Below are positions 39,291-57,366 of a stretch of 64,000 nucleotides of DNA, one piece after another. Numbering within the stretch: the stretch's first letter is position 1; each line of letters opens with the position of its first letter. Position numbers and translations under genes: made by a program. Under the pieces are notes generated by a model. It made no database searches. It was not told the DNA's origin and was given only the letters and a program-made list of their open reading frames with translations. Source of the stretch: the human T2T-CHM13v2.0 reference genome, Homo sapiens; the NCBI RefSeq assembly GCF_009914755.1, contig NC_060933.1; one strand, given 5' to 3'.

Positions 39291-39999
39291 AGGACACACT
39301 TTTTATATCTCTCTCTAGTTAAATCTTCTAAAATTCATTCTGCAGAATTAGAATTACTCACAAATGTATTATTTCCAACTTGCTAATATAGCCTATTTTC
39401 TACCCTTGGACTGCTTAAGTAGTTTTGCTTCACTTCTAGGAAATGCAGAGCTACATTTGGTACTTAGCAATAGAAATGTCTGAACTTAGGTTCCTAACTC
39501 AGCTATCTTTCTACTTCTTCCAAATTGTTTCTGCTTTATTTTCTTTTTCAGGTGAGAAAAATACATATTTTAATCTCAGTCTTTCATTTCAATCCCCTTC
39601 TCATGCAGTGTTCCCATTTTTAAGCCTAAGAGATACCGCTCTGATGTTCCTTCCTTTATTTTGTTTTTCAGGTGAGAAAGGAAGGGAGGGAAGGAAGGAA
39701 GGCGGGGAACAAACACTAATAAATGAGGGCCTTGCTCTTTTGCACACAACATCCCGATGATCTGTCTTTGGGCCTTGACGGGGTGACCAGATGCGACGTG
39801 TTTGAGGAAACCCAGGCACTTCTGGTGGCTGAGGAAGACAGGAAATCCCAACTTGACACTCACAGATGACGGCTAAAGCAGACACAACCACAGGGGCAGA
39901 AATCTGACTGCGAGGAACCTGGACTCTGACTCGAACACCCGCGAAGGACAGGGATTGGGACCCTTATATTACTGTTTACCCAGGAGTTACAAATCATTG

Positions 40000-40442
<443 letters not shown>

Positions 40443-41142
40443 AAATCATTGACCCTCTGAGTTGTGACTTTTCTGGCACCCCATTCGGATATTCTATATG
40501 ATGGGTATGGTTTTTATTTGCTCTGTGGCCTTGGATGAGCCACTGAAAGGTCTTCAAGGTTAAATTTCTATCCTGTCTCATAATGACATCTTAACCCCTC
40601 AATAAAGTATTATATTTTTAAAATTAAAAAAAAAAATCTGAGAGATACTTCGATTCAAGGTTTAAAATACTCCAGAACCATCATTTAATTTGACAAAACT
40701 ATGTCCTTGCCCTGAAAGCAAGAGTAGAAACTGTGGCCCTGTTATCATAGTCCTGTTTCCACAAAGCCTGTTCTATGTCCCCAAACAGGTTGGCAGAAGA
40801 GTTGTAAAGATCTGAGGGCCACGGTGATGAGGGAAAAGATTTTAGGAAACAGAAAAAGAAGAACAGTTATTGAGTGCTTATTATATATTCTAAGTGCTCT
40901 CATAGCATTCTCTTGTTAAATGCTCACAACTCTACAGTTCTAGCCTTCTCAGAGATTCCCCCAGCCCATACCACGTGGTCCAGAGAGGTCAAGGTCTTAT
41001 GTCATGTTCTCCCTTAAACCTCTCTGCATCTCTAAACCCACAGGGCAGAGGTTAGCCCGTCATGTAGGTAGCCTGGTGTCATTTTACATGTACTAATTTC
41101 CACATTTAACTAATAAAAAACTTGCCAGAAATTGGATTGGGA

Positions 41143-41440
41143 TTTTTTTTTTTTTAACACAGAGTTTCACTCTGTTACCCAGGCTGGAGTGCAATGGCAC
41201 AATCTTGACTCACTGCAACCTCTGTGCCTCCCCTGTTGAAGCAATTCTCCTGCCTCAGCCTCCCATGTAGCTGGGATTACAGGCATGTGCCACCATGCCC
41301 AGCTAATTTTTTTGTATTTAGTAGAGACATGGTTTCACCATGTTGGTCAGGCTGGTCTCAAACTCCTGATCTCAGGTGATCCCACCCGCCTAGGCCTCCC
41401 AAAGTGCTGGGATTACAGGCATGAGCCACTGTGCCCAGCC
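41143..41440 (-). mobile_element. Alu (AluSq/Sp-like)
   Basis: Full Alu reverse complement; TSD around attgggattttt. Confidence 0.95.
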
Positions 41441-42174
41441 CTGAATTGGGATTTTTAGCCGATTATAGGCTCAGGGCCATATGACAATAAAAATAAAACT
41501 TTAGGGCTACATATTTTAATCTCAGTCTTTTGTTTCAATCCCTTGCTCATGCAATTTTCCCTATTATTAAGCCAAGGAGATATCACTCCAATGTCCCTGG
41601 CTCCCTACACAACAAGGAGATGTGCCACCTCAGAGCTGAAACCTTGGGGGAACTCAGGCCCCAAACATCCACGAATAGAATGTATGGCTTCACTGAAGCA
41701 GAGTGGCACAATGACACGTGTCTTTACAAATTTAACAGGCTATAATCAGCTACAGCTGCCATGCAATGGCCTGTCTGTCTTGGCATCCACCAGCTTCTGT
41801 CCATAACGCAGCTTCTCAGCCGGTTTAGGTATGGGAACCACACAACCTCTAAAGTGAAGGAGGCTTCTCCAGCAAAACCGAACGGCATATTCAGATGCTG
41901 GGTGAGGATTCATAATATTTAGCTATTTTGTTAATTAATATAACAGTAATTTCTTTATTCAGTCACAGAAACATCAATGTATCTATGCTGAAGCACCATA
42001 ATTTTATAAGCACAGTTATTGGGGGAAAATGTTACCTTTTTGTCCTAAAAAGACTCTCCACGCATGTAGCTAGGGAAAGCTAAGGTCAGTGGCAGAGTTA
42101 TATGCACACCTCCACCACCAACATCACCACCACCACCTCCTCCTTCATCTCTCATCCAGCTCTGCCTTAGGCCC

Positions 42175-42176
42175 TT

Positions 42177-42208
<32 letters not shown>

Positions 42209-42499
42209 CCCCAAGACAGGGTCTCACTCTGTCACCCAGGCTGGAGTGTGGTGGCGCAATCTTGACTCACTGCAACCTTCACCTCCTCAGCTCAAGTGAT
42301 CCTCCCATCACCTCAGCCTCCCAATAGCTGGGACTACAGGCATGCACCACCACACCCAGCTACTTTTCATATTTCTTTTTGTACAAACGGGGTTTTGCTG
42401 TGTTGTCCAGGCTGGTCTTGAACTACTGGACTCAAGAGATCCACTTGTCTCTGCCTCCCAAAGTGCTGGGATTACAGGAGTGAGCCACCATACCTGGCC
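42175..42499 (-). mobile_element. AluJ
   Basis: gacagggtctcactctgtcacc, gctcaagtgatcctccca, ggactcaag. Confidence 0.9.
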
Positions 42500-42516
42500 T
42501 GTCTGAGACCCTTTAA

Positions 42517-42924
42517 CCCATTTATGCCTGAGGTTGCACTTTTTGGAATTTTTGCAATCAGACCTTGGCAATGATCTTGAGCAGTAGGATATAAATAACT
42601 CCCACATATGGGAGGTCGGGGTGGGTGGATCATGAGGTCAGGAGTTGGAGACCAGCCTGGCCAACATAGTAAAACTCCATCTCTACTAAAAATACAAAAA
42701 TTAGCCAGGTGCGGTGGTGCACGCCTGTAATCCCAGCTACTCAGGAGGCTCAGGCAGGAGAATTGCTGAAACCCGGGAGGCAGAGGGAGGTTACAGTGAG
42801 CTGAGATCATGCCATTGCATTCCAGCCTGGGCAATAGAGCGAGACTCCATCTCAAAAAAATAAATAAATAAAAAAACTCCCACATACTTAGCGTTCCAAT
42901 AATGGAACACTAGGAACAAATGGG
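42517..42924 (-). mobile_element. MER85 (non-autonomous piggyBac, PGBD3-derived), split by an Alu
   Basis: TTAA|CCCATTTATGCCT TIR; other TIR aggaacaaatggg (2 mismatches); internal palindrome GTTCCAATAATGGAAC 42893-42908; about 130 bp once the Alu and one TSD are removed. Confidence 0.92.
42609..42874 (+). mobile_element. 5'-truncated AluSg-like inside MER85
   Basis: ggatcatgaggtcaggagtt; TSD aactcccacata at 42597-42608 and 42875-42886. Confidence 0.93.
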
Positions 42925-44747
42925 TTTTTACCTTGGGGGTTTTAAGTACTCCCATGGCAATGATCCATGAGAGCATTTATCATTCAGTTGTGACTCTTTT
43001 CTCACTTGCCTGTATCCTCCCTAATACAGAAGGTTGAGGACAGAAACCACATTAATATTGTCGAACATTGCATTCCCAATACCTTACTCAGAACCTGACA
43101 CATAACAGGCATCTACTGAGTATTTGCTGAATGAACAAATACATTTCTTCTGCTCTTAGTCCCTCCAGGTTTCTTCTCCCCTTTGCCCCTGTCTCCTTGG
43201 CCTTGAGGTGTGCTTCCTGACCTCAGACTTTACTTTCTGCCAGATGGCTTCTCACATGTACCGATAGGTTGATCTGTGGTTCCTCACTTCGTGAATTTTT
43301 TCAAAATTCATATTTGCTTCATACATGTGTTGATTGTCAAAGAAGTGCAATTAATGTACATGCAATTGAGGAGTGGGTTTATTCATCACAACCTGGGATG
43401 GACAGAGGATTTATCTTTCCTTGAGGTCATAGGGAGACAGCAATATTTTAGGATCACCTAACATCTTAAACAATTATTCTAAAGGGTTTTTTCTCTGCCT
43501 GATTCATGCTGCTAAGCTCTTTCTGCATCTGACTTTTTCCTAAGTCCCTTTTTATTATTATAAAAGTATATTGTTCCTTGTTAAAATGATTTTTTAAGTA
43601 CAAAAGGTGAAAACAGGAGGAGTAATAAATCTCCCGTGGTATCCATGTCTACAGTCACTATGAGCATGTTTCCATCAGACTTTCTACCCTAACTCTTCTT
43701 TCACAGCAGAGTCCTATGATCCAATGCCTGCTCCTTGAATGTGGGTTTTTCTGAGGATTCTGTCATCTTTTCTTCATCTTTTCTCATTTTCCATGCTCTC
43801 CCTGGGATATCATATTGACTTCCAAAGCTTTAGGTAACCTATGTGTTATTTTAGTGGCAGTAGAGGCTTGAACTGCCACTCTCCCCTCTCCAATTTCAAG
43901 GCCATGGCCAATGGAGTATGCCTACAAGGATCATTAGCCAAATAAAAACACAGTGTTTATTAATGGCATTAACAAAGCAGAGCTTGGTAGAACCTGGATT
44001 GAAAAAAACAGCTTAGGCTTAGGATCACGGTGACACCTCCTGCTTGTCAGCCCTGAGACTCAGCTATGCCTGGAGTATTTGAGCAACCAAGGCCAGCACT
44101 GCATGGCAACCCTGGGTCCACTTACACAACTACCCATGTGGATGAGAATCAGAGGTCTGCCTTGCCAGCCCAGACACAGGAACGGAGAGACCACCCCAGA
44201 AAGAACACGCTTCCCTCCAAAGCTTTGATCTGAGCTGATCTTGCTTTGCAGTTTACAGCTGGTCTAGCCAATCTGATCGATGGGGGAAGACAGAGCAGAG
44301 AAAGGGAAGGACCACCCTTTCCACAGGGCAGATTCCTTGACACTAACCTGCCAGCAGCGTAGGTCCAGAAAGTGGGAGGAAGAAGAGGGCATGCCATTAA
44401 TACAGTGGCCCTACCCACAGTAAAATGCTGCCCTTTAATTTCCAGTTTAGAGTTATTGATTAACCTTTTCTCTTTCAGTAAGGAGTGAATGAGGGGTGGG
44501 TGAGAAGAGAAAAAGCACCCTCCCTAGCACTCCCCCAATAAGTCCAATTATCTATGGGCTAAAGCTGCAGTGAAAGGAGAATCCTCCCCTAAAATGTGCT
44601 GAGTACATAGAAAGAACTCCATAGGCATTTGTTGAGTAAATACATACATACATACATAAATTCTGACGTTTGAATCTGTTTCTCCAGCTCAGCCACCTGT
44701 CACAAACTTCAGATGTGTATATTTCCACTTCTCCCATGCTTTCTTTC

Positions 44748-45627
44748 TGTAAACCAAAAATAAAATTCTAAGCCCCCTAATTGACCAATAGACCCCCCTT
44801 CTCAGCCAAGGGCATTCCAAAATAAACCTGAAAATCTAGTTCAGGTCATGATAGGAAGGTGGGCTCAGACATGCCTCATGATTCTACCCTCTCCTCTTGG
44901 GAATGTAGGCACGACTGACTAGCATTAACATTAAAACAGAGATCTTAGAAGTGACAAAACAGACTTTTTGTAGCAATAAGACACCAAATTCCAGCTGTAT
45001 TATAGCATCAAATGACAAACAGCAGGCCCCGGAAGAAAGAAATTGAAGTATTTTACCTCAAAATATATTTCTTTGACATACTTTAAAATGACGCTATAAA
45101 GCTGCCTCTTACAGGGATAATCTTGATTCCGCAGAGAATCCCCTTTCCTTCCCAGGTCTTTCCTCAAATCCATGAGAGAATTAACCAAGAGTGTGGCAAC
45201 TTTTTAGGTCTGATAAGAGCTCTGAAGCCTGCTACTTGGGGGTTTCATCTGCATGATGAAACCTTGGTCTCCACCACCCCTTATCTTAACCCAGACATTC
45301 CATTCTATTGATTCCAGGTCTTTAGATAGTAACTCTTTCAACCAATTGCCAATCAGAAAATCTTTGAATCTGCCTGTGATGTGGAAGCCCTCCTACTAGG
45401 TTGTCTTGCCTTTCCAAACTGAACCAATATACATCTTACATGTATTGATTGATATCTCATCAATCAATAAGTCTCCCTAAAATGTATAAAACCAAGCTGT
45501 AGTCCAACCACTTGAGCACATGTTCTCAGGATCGTCTGAGGCTGTGTCACAGGCTACTGGTCACTCATATTTGGTTCAGAATAAATATCTTAAAATATTT
45601 TACAGAGTTCCACTATTTCCATCAACA
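44748..45627 (+). mobile_element. MER4-family ERV1 solo LTR
   Basis: tgtaaaccaaaaataaaattctaagcccc ... atcaaca with 4-bp TSD TTTC; AATAAA near 45581. Confidence 0.9.
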
Positions 45628-46191
45628 TTTCTATTTCCCATCTTAGTAAATGGAACCATTATCCATGCAGTTATTCATATCATAATATTCATCCAGCTCC
45701 GCATAACTCTCTATTAAGTGCAGACCACTCCAAAAAGAACTGGCTTAACCCAGTAGTCAGACTCTTTCTCTCTCTCTTTCTCTCTGCACCCTCCTTCTCT
45801 CTCACTCTCTCATTTCTAAAGAAATCCAGGAGGAAAAAAATTGCCTTATTCAAAGGAATTTATCTAGCCTCTTGATATCTAAGAAACATTCCTCGAAGAC
45901 AACAAAGTGTGCACTCATTTCTTACATATTATCTCACTGTATTCCCTTACTTGATGGATAATTAGCCTGCAAACTTTCTTTTTTATACCTTAGAAATTAT
46001 CTCTTTTAGAAAATATGTAAGGGCGGTTCCAAGATGGCCAAATAAAAACAGATCCCAGCGTGAGCGACGCAGAAGGCAGGTGATTTCTGCATTTCCAACT
46101 GAGGTACCTGGTTCATCTCACTGGGGCTTGTTGGACAGTCAACTCGGAGTGTGAGCCGAAGCAGGGCGGGGCGTCGCCTCACCCGGAAAGC

Positions 46192-46437
46192 TCAAGAGGT
46201 CTGGGAATTCCCTTTCCTAGCCAAGGGAAGCAGTGACAGATGGTACCTGGAAAATTGGGACACTCCCACCCTAATACTGCACTTTTCCAATGGACTTAGC
46301 AAATGGCACACCAGGAGATTATATCCCACTCCTGGCTCGAAGGGTCCCACGCCCACGGAACCTCGATCACTGCTAGCACAGCAGTCTGAGATCGAACTGC
46401 AAGGCAGCAGCGAGGCTGGGGAAGGGGCGTCCACCAT
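46192..46437 (-). CDS. ORF0: L1 antisense ORF0 homologue, open, 81 aa
   Basis: MVDAPSPASLLPCSSISDCCAS..GSVGVGPFEPGVGY..IRVGVSQFSR aligns to recalled L1HS ORF0 (MAGAPPPASLPPCSLISDCCAS..). Confidence 0.8.
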   Translation of the reverse strand: MVDAPSPASLLPCSSISDCCASSDRGSVGVGPFEPGVGYNLLVCHLLSPLEKCSIRVGVSQFSRYHLSLLPLARKGNSQTS

Positions 46438-47007
46438 TGCTGAGTAGGTAAACAAAGAAGCCCGGAAGCTTGAACTGAGTGGAGCCCACCGCAGCTCAAG
46501 GAGGCCTGCATGCCTCTGTAGACTCCACCTCTGTGGGCGGGGCATAGCTGAACAAAAGGCACCAGAAACTTCTGCAGACTTAAACGTCCCTGTCTGACAG
46601 CTTTGAAGAGAGTATTGGCTCTCCCAGCACGGAGTTTGAGATCGGAGAATGGACAGACTGCCTCCTCAAGTGGGTCCCTGACCCCCGAGTAGCCTAACTC
46701 GGAGACACCTCCCAGTAGGGGCCAACTGACACCTCATACAGCCAGGTGCCCCTCTGAGACGAAGCTTCCAGAGGAAGCATCAGACAGCAATATTTGCCGT
46801 TCTGCAATATTTGCCATTCTGCAGCCTCCACTGGTGATACCCAGGCAAACAGGGTCTGGAGTGGACCTCCAGCAAACTCCAACCAACCTGCAACTGAGGG
46901 TCCTGACTGTTAGAAGGAAAACTAACAAACAGAAAGGACATCCACACCAAAACCCCATTGGTACGTCACCATCATCAAAGACCAAAGGTAGATTAAAAAC
47001 CACAAAG

Positions 47008-48332
<1,325 letters not shown>

Positions 48333-48397
48333 AGACCATCAAGGCTAGGAAGAAGAAACTGCATCAACTAACAAGCAAAATAACCAGATACATCATC

Positions 48398-52234
<3,837 letters not shown>

Positions 52235-53015
52235 ACAATGAGAACACTGGACACGGGGTGGGGAATATCACACACTGGGGCCTGTCGTGGGGTGTGCAAA
52301 GGAGGGAGGGATAGCATTAGGAGATATACCTAATGTAAATGACGAGTTAACGGGTGCAGCACACCAACATGGCACATGTATACATATGTAACAAACCTGC
52401 ACGTTGTGCACATGTACCCTAGAACTTAAAGTATAATTTAAAGAAATGAAATTGTCTCTTTTAGAAGATTAACCCAAGTTTACAAAATTTTCTCTTTTTT
52501 AACCGCAATCTCAGCCAAAAAAAAACCCACAACACAGCCCTTTTTGGATATTATTTGTTACATATACTACATTTCTTAAGCAAGTTAAAATAAAATTATT
52601 TCTGCGAACTTTTTCAGCATTGCACTGGTTAAAAATACAGCCCATTGTCTTTTCATGCTATGTATTTTTTTCCCTTGGCTTTAAAATATTGGGAGTTATT
52701 TTCAACTACTGAATGATTGATCAAGGAAAAGCACTCTTTTCTCTGTAATATGAAGTTTTCAAGTCAATATTAATAACTTCTTTTCCATATAATTTTAGGA
52801 CATCTAATCTCCTCCACAAATCTCTGAAAATAGCCAAAACTCAAAGTATCAGGAGGAAAAATCCGTATCAATAGCAGTATCTTCATTATATTTCATGTTT
52901 TTTAAAATTTACCAAACAGTTCTCATCTTAGCAAGAGCCTGGCTAGCTTGTTTATAGAACATTTTGTAGTTTGCTAGTTTGATGTTGCTAGAAGTGATTC
53001 AGAAATGTGTGACAT

Positions 53016-53626
53016 TGAAACTGCCTTTGCATAAATTATAACAGAACATGATGGTAGTAAAAGAGATCTGATCTAACCCACTGCCCTCCCCATCTTGCCT
53101 TTCCCTTAAGAATTCCTGGGCTTAGGCTAAGCTAACTTTGGTAGACATTGAATTTATAGTTCAAATGATAATAGGACTTTCACAAAAACTCAACCACCTT
53201 TGTATAGATAACAAAAGGCCCTCATGCTAGGGGGAGGAGAGGAAACTGAATTCTGCTAAGGTGTAGACTGGTCACAAAATATGCAAATTTACTGTTGTAG
53301 ATTGACCTTTTGAACTATCTTTTCAGGTTTTATATACATGTGACACCCATGACTCCACCTGGACTCACTGACTGATGATTTCACACTTCCATGCCCCACC
53401 TAGAAGCACCTCAGTTCTAGAGGACAGCTTCAACAACCCTATGGTTTCATCTTGGACCCAACAAATCAGCAGTAAGGCCTAGCCACCCCCATCACTTCCC
53501 CCAAACTGCCTTTGGAAAAAAACCTAACCTACAAGCCTTCAATATGATTGATTTGAGTAATAACTCTGTTCTTCTCCCACATGGGGTGGCTGGCCTCACG
53601 TCAATTAAAATCTTTCTTTACTGCAA
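53016..53626 (+). mobile_element. LTR8-like ERV1 LTR, 3'-truncated
   Basis: tgaaactgcctttgca..aagagatctgatctaacc..gctaactttgg..tgatttgagtaataactc. Confidence 0.8.
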
Positions 53627-53884
53627 AAACCCAAATAGTCTATTCATCTACATTATGGAAATTAATATATTTTGCTCTATAAACTGGTTCTTGGCATTCT
53701 CAGCCATATTCACTACTTTTTTTTTATTATCTAGCACCCATGAAGCTATTAAAGTAATTTTTTCAAGATTGGGCATTTTATTCCAGGGAAAGTATTTGTA
53801 ATAGATTCTAATTTATGAATTTATTCAAATTTAATATCTGTAGGCAGGATCATCTCTGGATATTAAATACTTGGAAAGTTTATA

Positions 53885-54103
53885 TTCCATGAAGTCAGAA
53901 GTCTGACCTCTAAGCATGGGCCTACCACTTCTCGGCCTGGTGATCATGAGTAAATCAGTTTTCCAACCTGCAATTTTTAATTTGCAAAATGGAGATGATG
54001 GTAATACCTACCTCATAAGACTGTGGTGAAAATTTAATAAACTTATACATGTAATAAGCCAAACATAGCTCCTGGCATATGTAGACATTCAATAAATGCT
54101 ATT
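53885..54103 (+). mobile_element. MIR
   Basis: gcaaaatggagatgatggtaatacctacctcata..cctggcatat..caataaatg. Confidence 0.8.
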
Positions 54104-54139
54104 TTCAAAGAAACTAGGGGTGAATAATTTTACATCTTT

Positions 54140-54620
54140 AAATAAGGAAAGTTTTTCCATGCAATGGTGCTAAAGCCAGAAACCATAAATGAAAATATTA
54201 CTGTATTTAACTGCATAAAACAAAGTTTTTAAATAACAAACACATTGCAATCAAGGATAAAAGATAACACCTGGAGAAAAAGATTTGCAACATATGTGCC
54301 AGGAAAAGGGTAAATACCCATAGTGCCTCAAGTTCTTATAAATCAGCACAAAAGAGAAAGAAAAAAGGGTAAAAAAAAAATGAATAAACAATTTAAAAAG
54401 AAATAGGGCTAGTAAATATATGAACAGATGTTCAGCCTCACTAGTAATCAAAGAAATGCAAAAAAAACAACAGATTGGTTATAATTAAAAAGATGGACAA
54501 AGCCCAGGATTTGCAAGTGTGCAAGCAATAGGCTGCTCTCACACACTTCTGGTAAGTATATTTATTGATCTAGTCTCTTTGGAGGGTGATTTAGTGATAC
54601 ATTCCAAAGTTCAAAAGATG
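54140..54620 (+). mobile_element. Old L1M ORF2 3' fragment
   Basis: agatgttcagcctcactagtaatcaaagaaatgcaa. Confidence 0.6.
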
Positions 54621-55100
54621 TAGTCTCTTTTCTTTGTTATGTTAATGTTTGAATACTCTACACATTTCAGTATATTACTAAAATATTCTATATAAACATA
54701 TTCTATAATATTTTATGTATTCTACTATCAGACAAAATAAAGCTAGCTTCGTTTTGGAAAATTAAAGTAGTTTCCTTCCCTTCTTCTTAGGGTTTTTATG
54801 AAAATAAAATTATATTCTCTTCCATATGAGATCTCAGGCAGCCTTATAGGGAGTGAGTGGTCATTGCGGTAATGATTGCTAATATCCCTGTGGCAACCTG
54901 CGGATTGCAAAGTATGCCACTTACCTTAATCTTACAACTACTGAACATAAACAGAGCTGGAATTATTACTGATCCCTTATAAATGATTATGAGCCTCAAG
55001 CCTCTTTTAATTCCCAAGTCAAATCAGGCACTGCCCCAAAGACTGTTCAAAAGAGGAAAATGGCCAATATTCAGGGACCTGGACCATCTTCTCCACTGGC

Positions 55101-55119
55101 TATCCCCCAGGGGGCGCTC
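55101..55119 (+). promoter_or_regulatory. Candidate CTCF site
   Basis: TATCCCCCAGGGGGCGCTC, 15/19 to consensus TGGCCACCAGGGGGCGCTA, core CCAGGGGGCGC intact. Confidence 0.6.
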
Positions 55120-55529
55120 AACTGACAGTAAATTAGACCTGCAAAGCATCTTCAGGCTCTCTTGCCTGTGGTTCCTTTACCATCTGTTGAATGGTAAAGA
55201 AAATCTCTCCTCATTTCAAGTTTATAAAACAAGTCTTTTTTGTTGAAGCTCCTTATCAGATCTGTCCATGGGGCATGAGAATTTTCCCTTTATTCCTCAT
55301 AAGGCTTGAAATTTTCTTTGTCATCTATGCTCCCATCAGAAATTATGCTGGGAAAAACTATGACTAGGCAAATGACCCTGTAGTGATTCCAGACATCAAG
55401 TTCATGGAACCTTCACCCTTGCCCCACCTCCACCCCTCCATACCCATCAGGCCACCTTCCTGCATTAGATATTCAATATGATTATCCGCTTTTCTTCTCA
55501 CAATGGTTTTTCAAGAAGGGATGTGAGAA

Positions 55530-55541
55530 AACACACATACA

Positions 55542-55573
<32 letters not shown>
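55530..55573. repeat. (CA)n microsatellite
   Basis: Directly visible. Confidence 0.95.
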
Positions 55574-56257
55574 GCTTCTGAAGCTCATTTATATCATAGC
55601 ATAAATGATGCCAACAGCAACAGCATTTCATAACCATGGAACCAAAAATGCAAGGTAAAATAATGAAGTTATTGTAGGTGAGATTTCAGGGTATTCAAAT
55701 ATTGACAAATCATTTTGAGGTGGGTTATTTCTCACATCACATGAATAATGATGGTGCCACATAACATAAGTCCAGAGAACCTAGGCCCAGCTTTAGCTAG
55801 ACGTAGGTATCTAAATTCTGTTAATCAGTAGATTCTGAAAGTTAGGGAATTTTTCTGAAATTCATTCTAATCTTCTCTATGGGACTTTATAATCTCACCG
55901 GCAATTGTTTGACTGTTAATAGCTGATATGAGCATCAAGTTTAGGATGTTCTAAAAGCCTTAAGGGACTTGAATAGTTTCTAACAGCTAGAGAAAAATAT
56001 GCCAATGTACAGAAGTAGCAACTTTCTGGCCTGAAAGAAATCATAGTAATTACTACAAAAGAGCTCTATTAATGAAATCCTTCATTTTTTAAGTTAACAA
56101 ATAAAGGTCAGGTATACTATGGTGTAATAGCATGGAGTTAATGAAAATAACAATGCAGGCCTATACTTGAGGACATAGAAAGCTGTCCATGATATTTTCA
56201 AGTAGGTTACAAAAATATGACTACTACAGCCCCTTTTTTGTAATGTAATAAAATAGG

Positions 56258-56638
<381 letters not shown>

Positions 56639-56939
56639 TTAGCATCAAGATCCATGTTGTATGACCTTAGGGAGGCTCCGACAGAATGTAGAATGGACAC
56701 TCCTTCCAATAGTAGGAAGCCACCTGAGACTGCTCCTTACAGAATAATGGTTAAAGAAAGAATAAGGTAACAAGGTAGAGGACACAGATTCCCAGGCCTC
56801 CTCTATTGGGCTGATGCCTCAGAGAGGAGGAGGTGAGAGCCCACCTGGCAGATAGTTTGAAGAGAATGCAGAAGACAGAAGGACTTTTTCTCTGCTTCCT
56901 TCAAGAAACACTGAATTGCTGCAATGTTTTCCTCTGTAC

Positions 56940-57366
56940 TTTTAAAAGAAAAACTTCAGCCAAATTAAATTTAAAGTTTAATTGAGCAATGAACAATTCA
57001 CGAATCAGGCAGCCCCCAGAATCACAGCAGATTCAGAGAGACTCTATGGATGCCTCAGGTTCAGAACAAATTTATAGACAAACAAAGCAAAGCGATGTAC
57101 AGAAATTGGAAGTGAGGTAGAGAAACAGCTGGATTGGTTACAGATTGGGGTCTGCCTTATTTGAACACAGTTTGAACACTCAGCAGTGTGAGTAGTTGAA
57201 GTATGGCTGCTGGGATTGGCCAAGACTCAGCTATTGTTACCGGCACATACTCCTAAATTAGGTTTTCAATCTTGTCTACCTATTAAGTTAGGTTACGGTT
57301 AGTCCACAAAGAGTCAAATATAGAAGTACAGAGTCCTTGTCAGGCCATACTTAATTCACTTTAACA
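56940..57366 (-). mobile_element. MER57-like ERV1 LTR
   Basis: ttaattgagcaatgaac..gcagcccccagaatcacagcagattcagagagactc..tttaaca. Confidence 0.75.
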
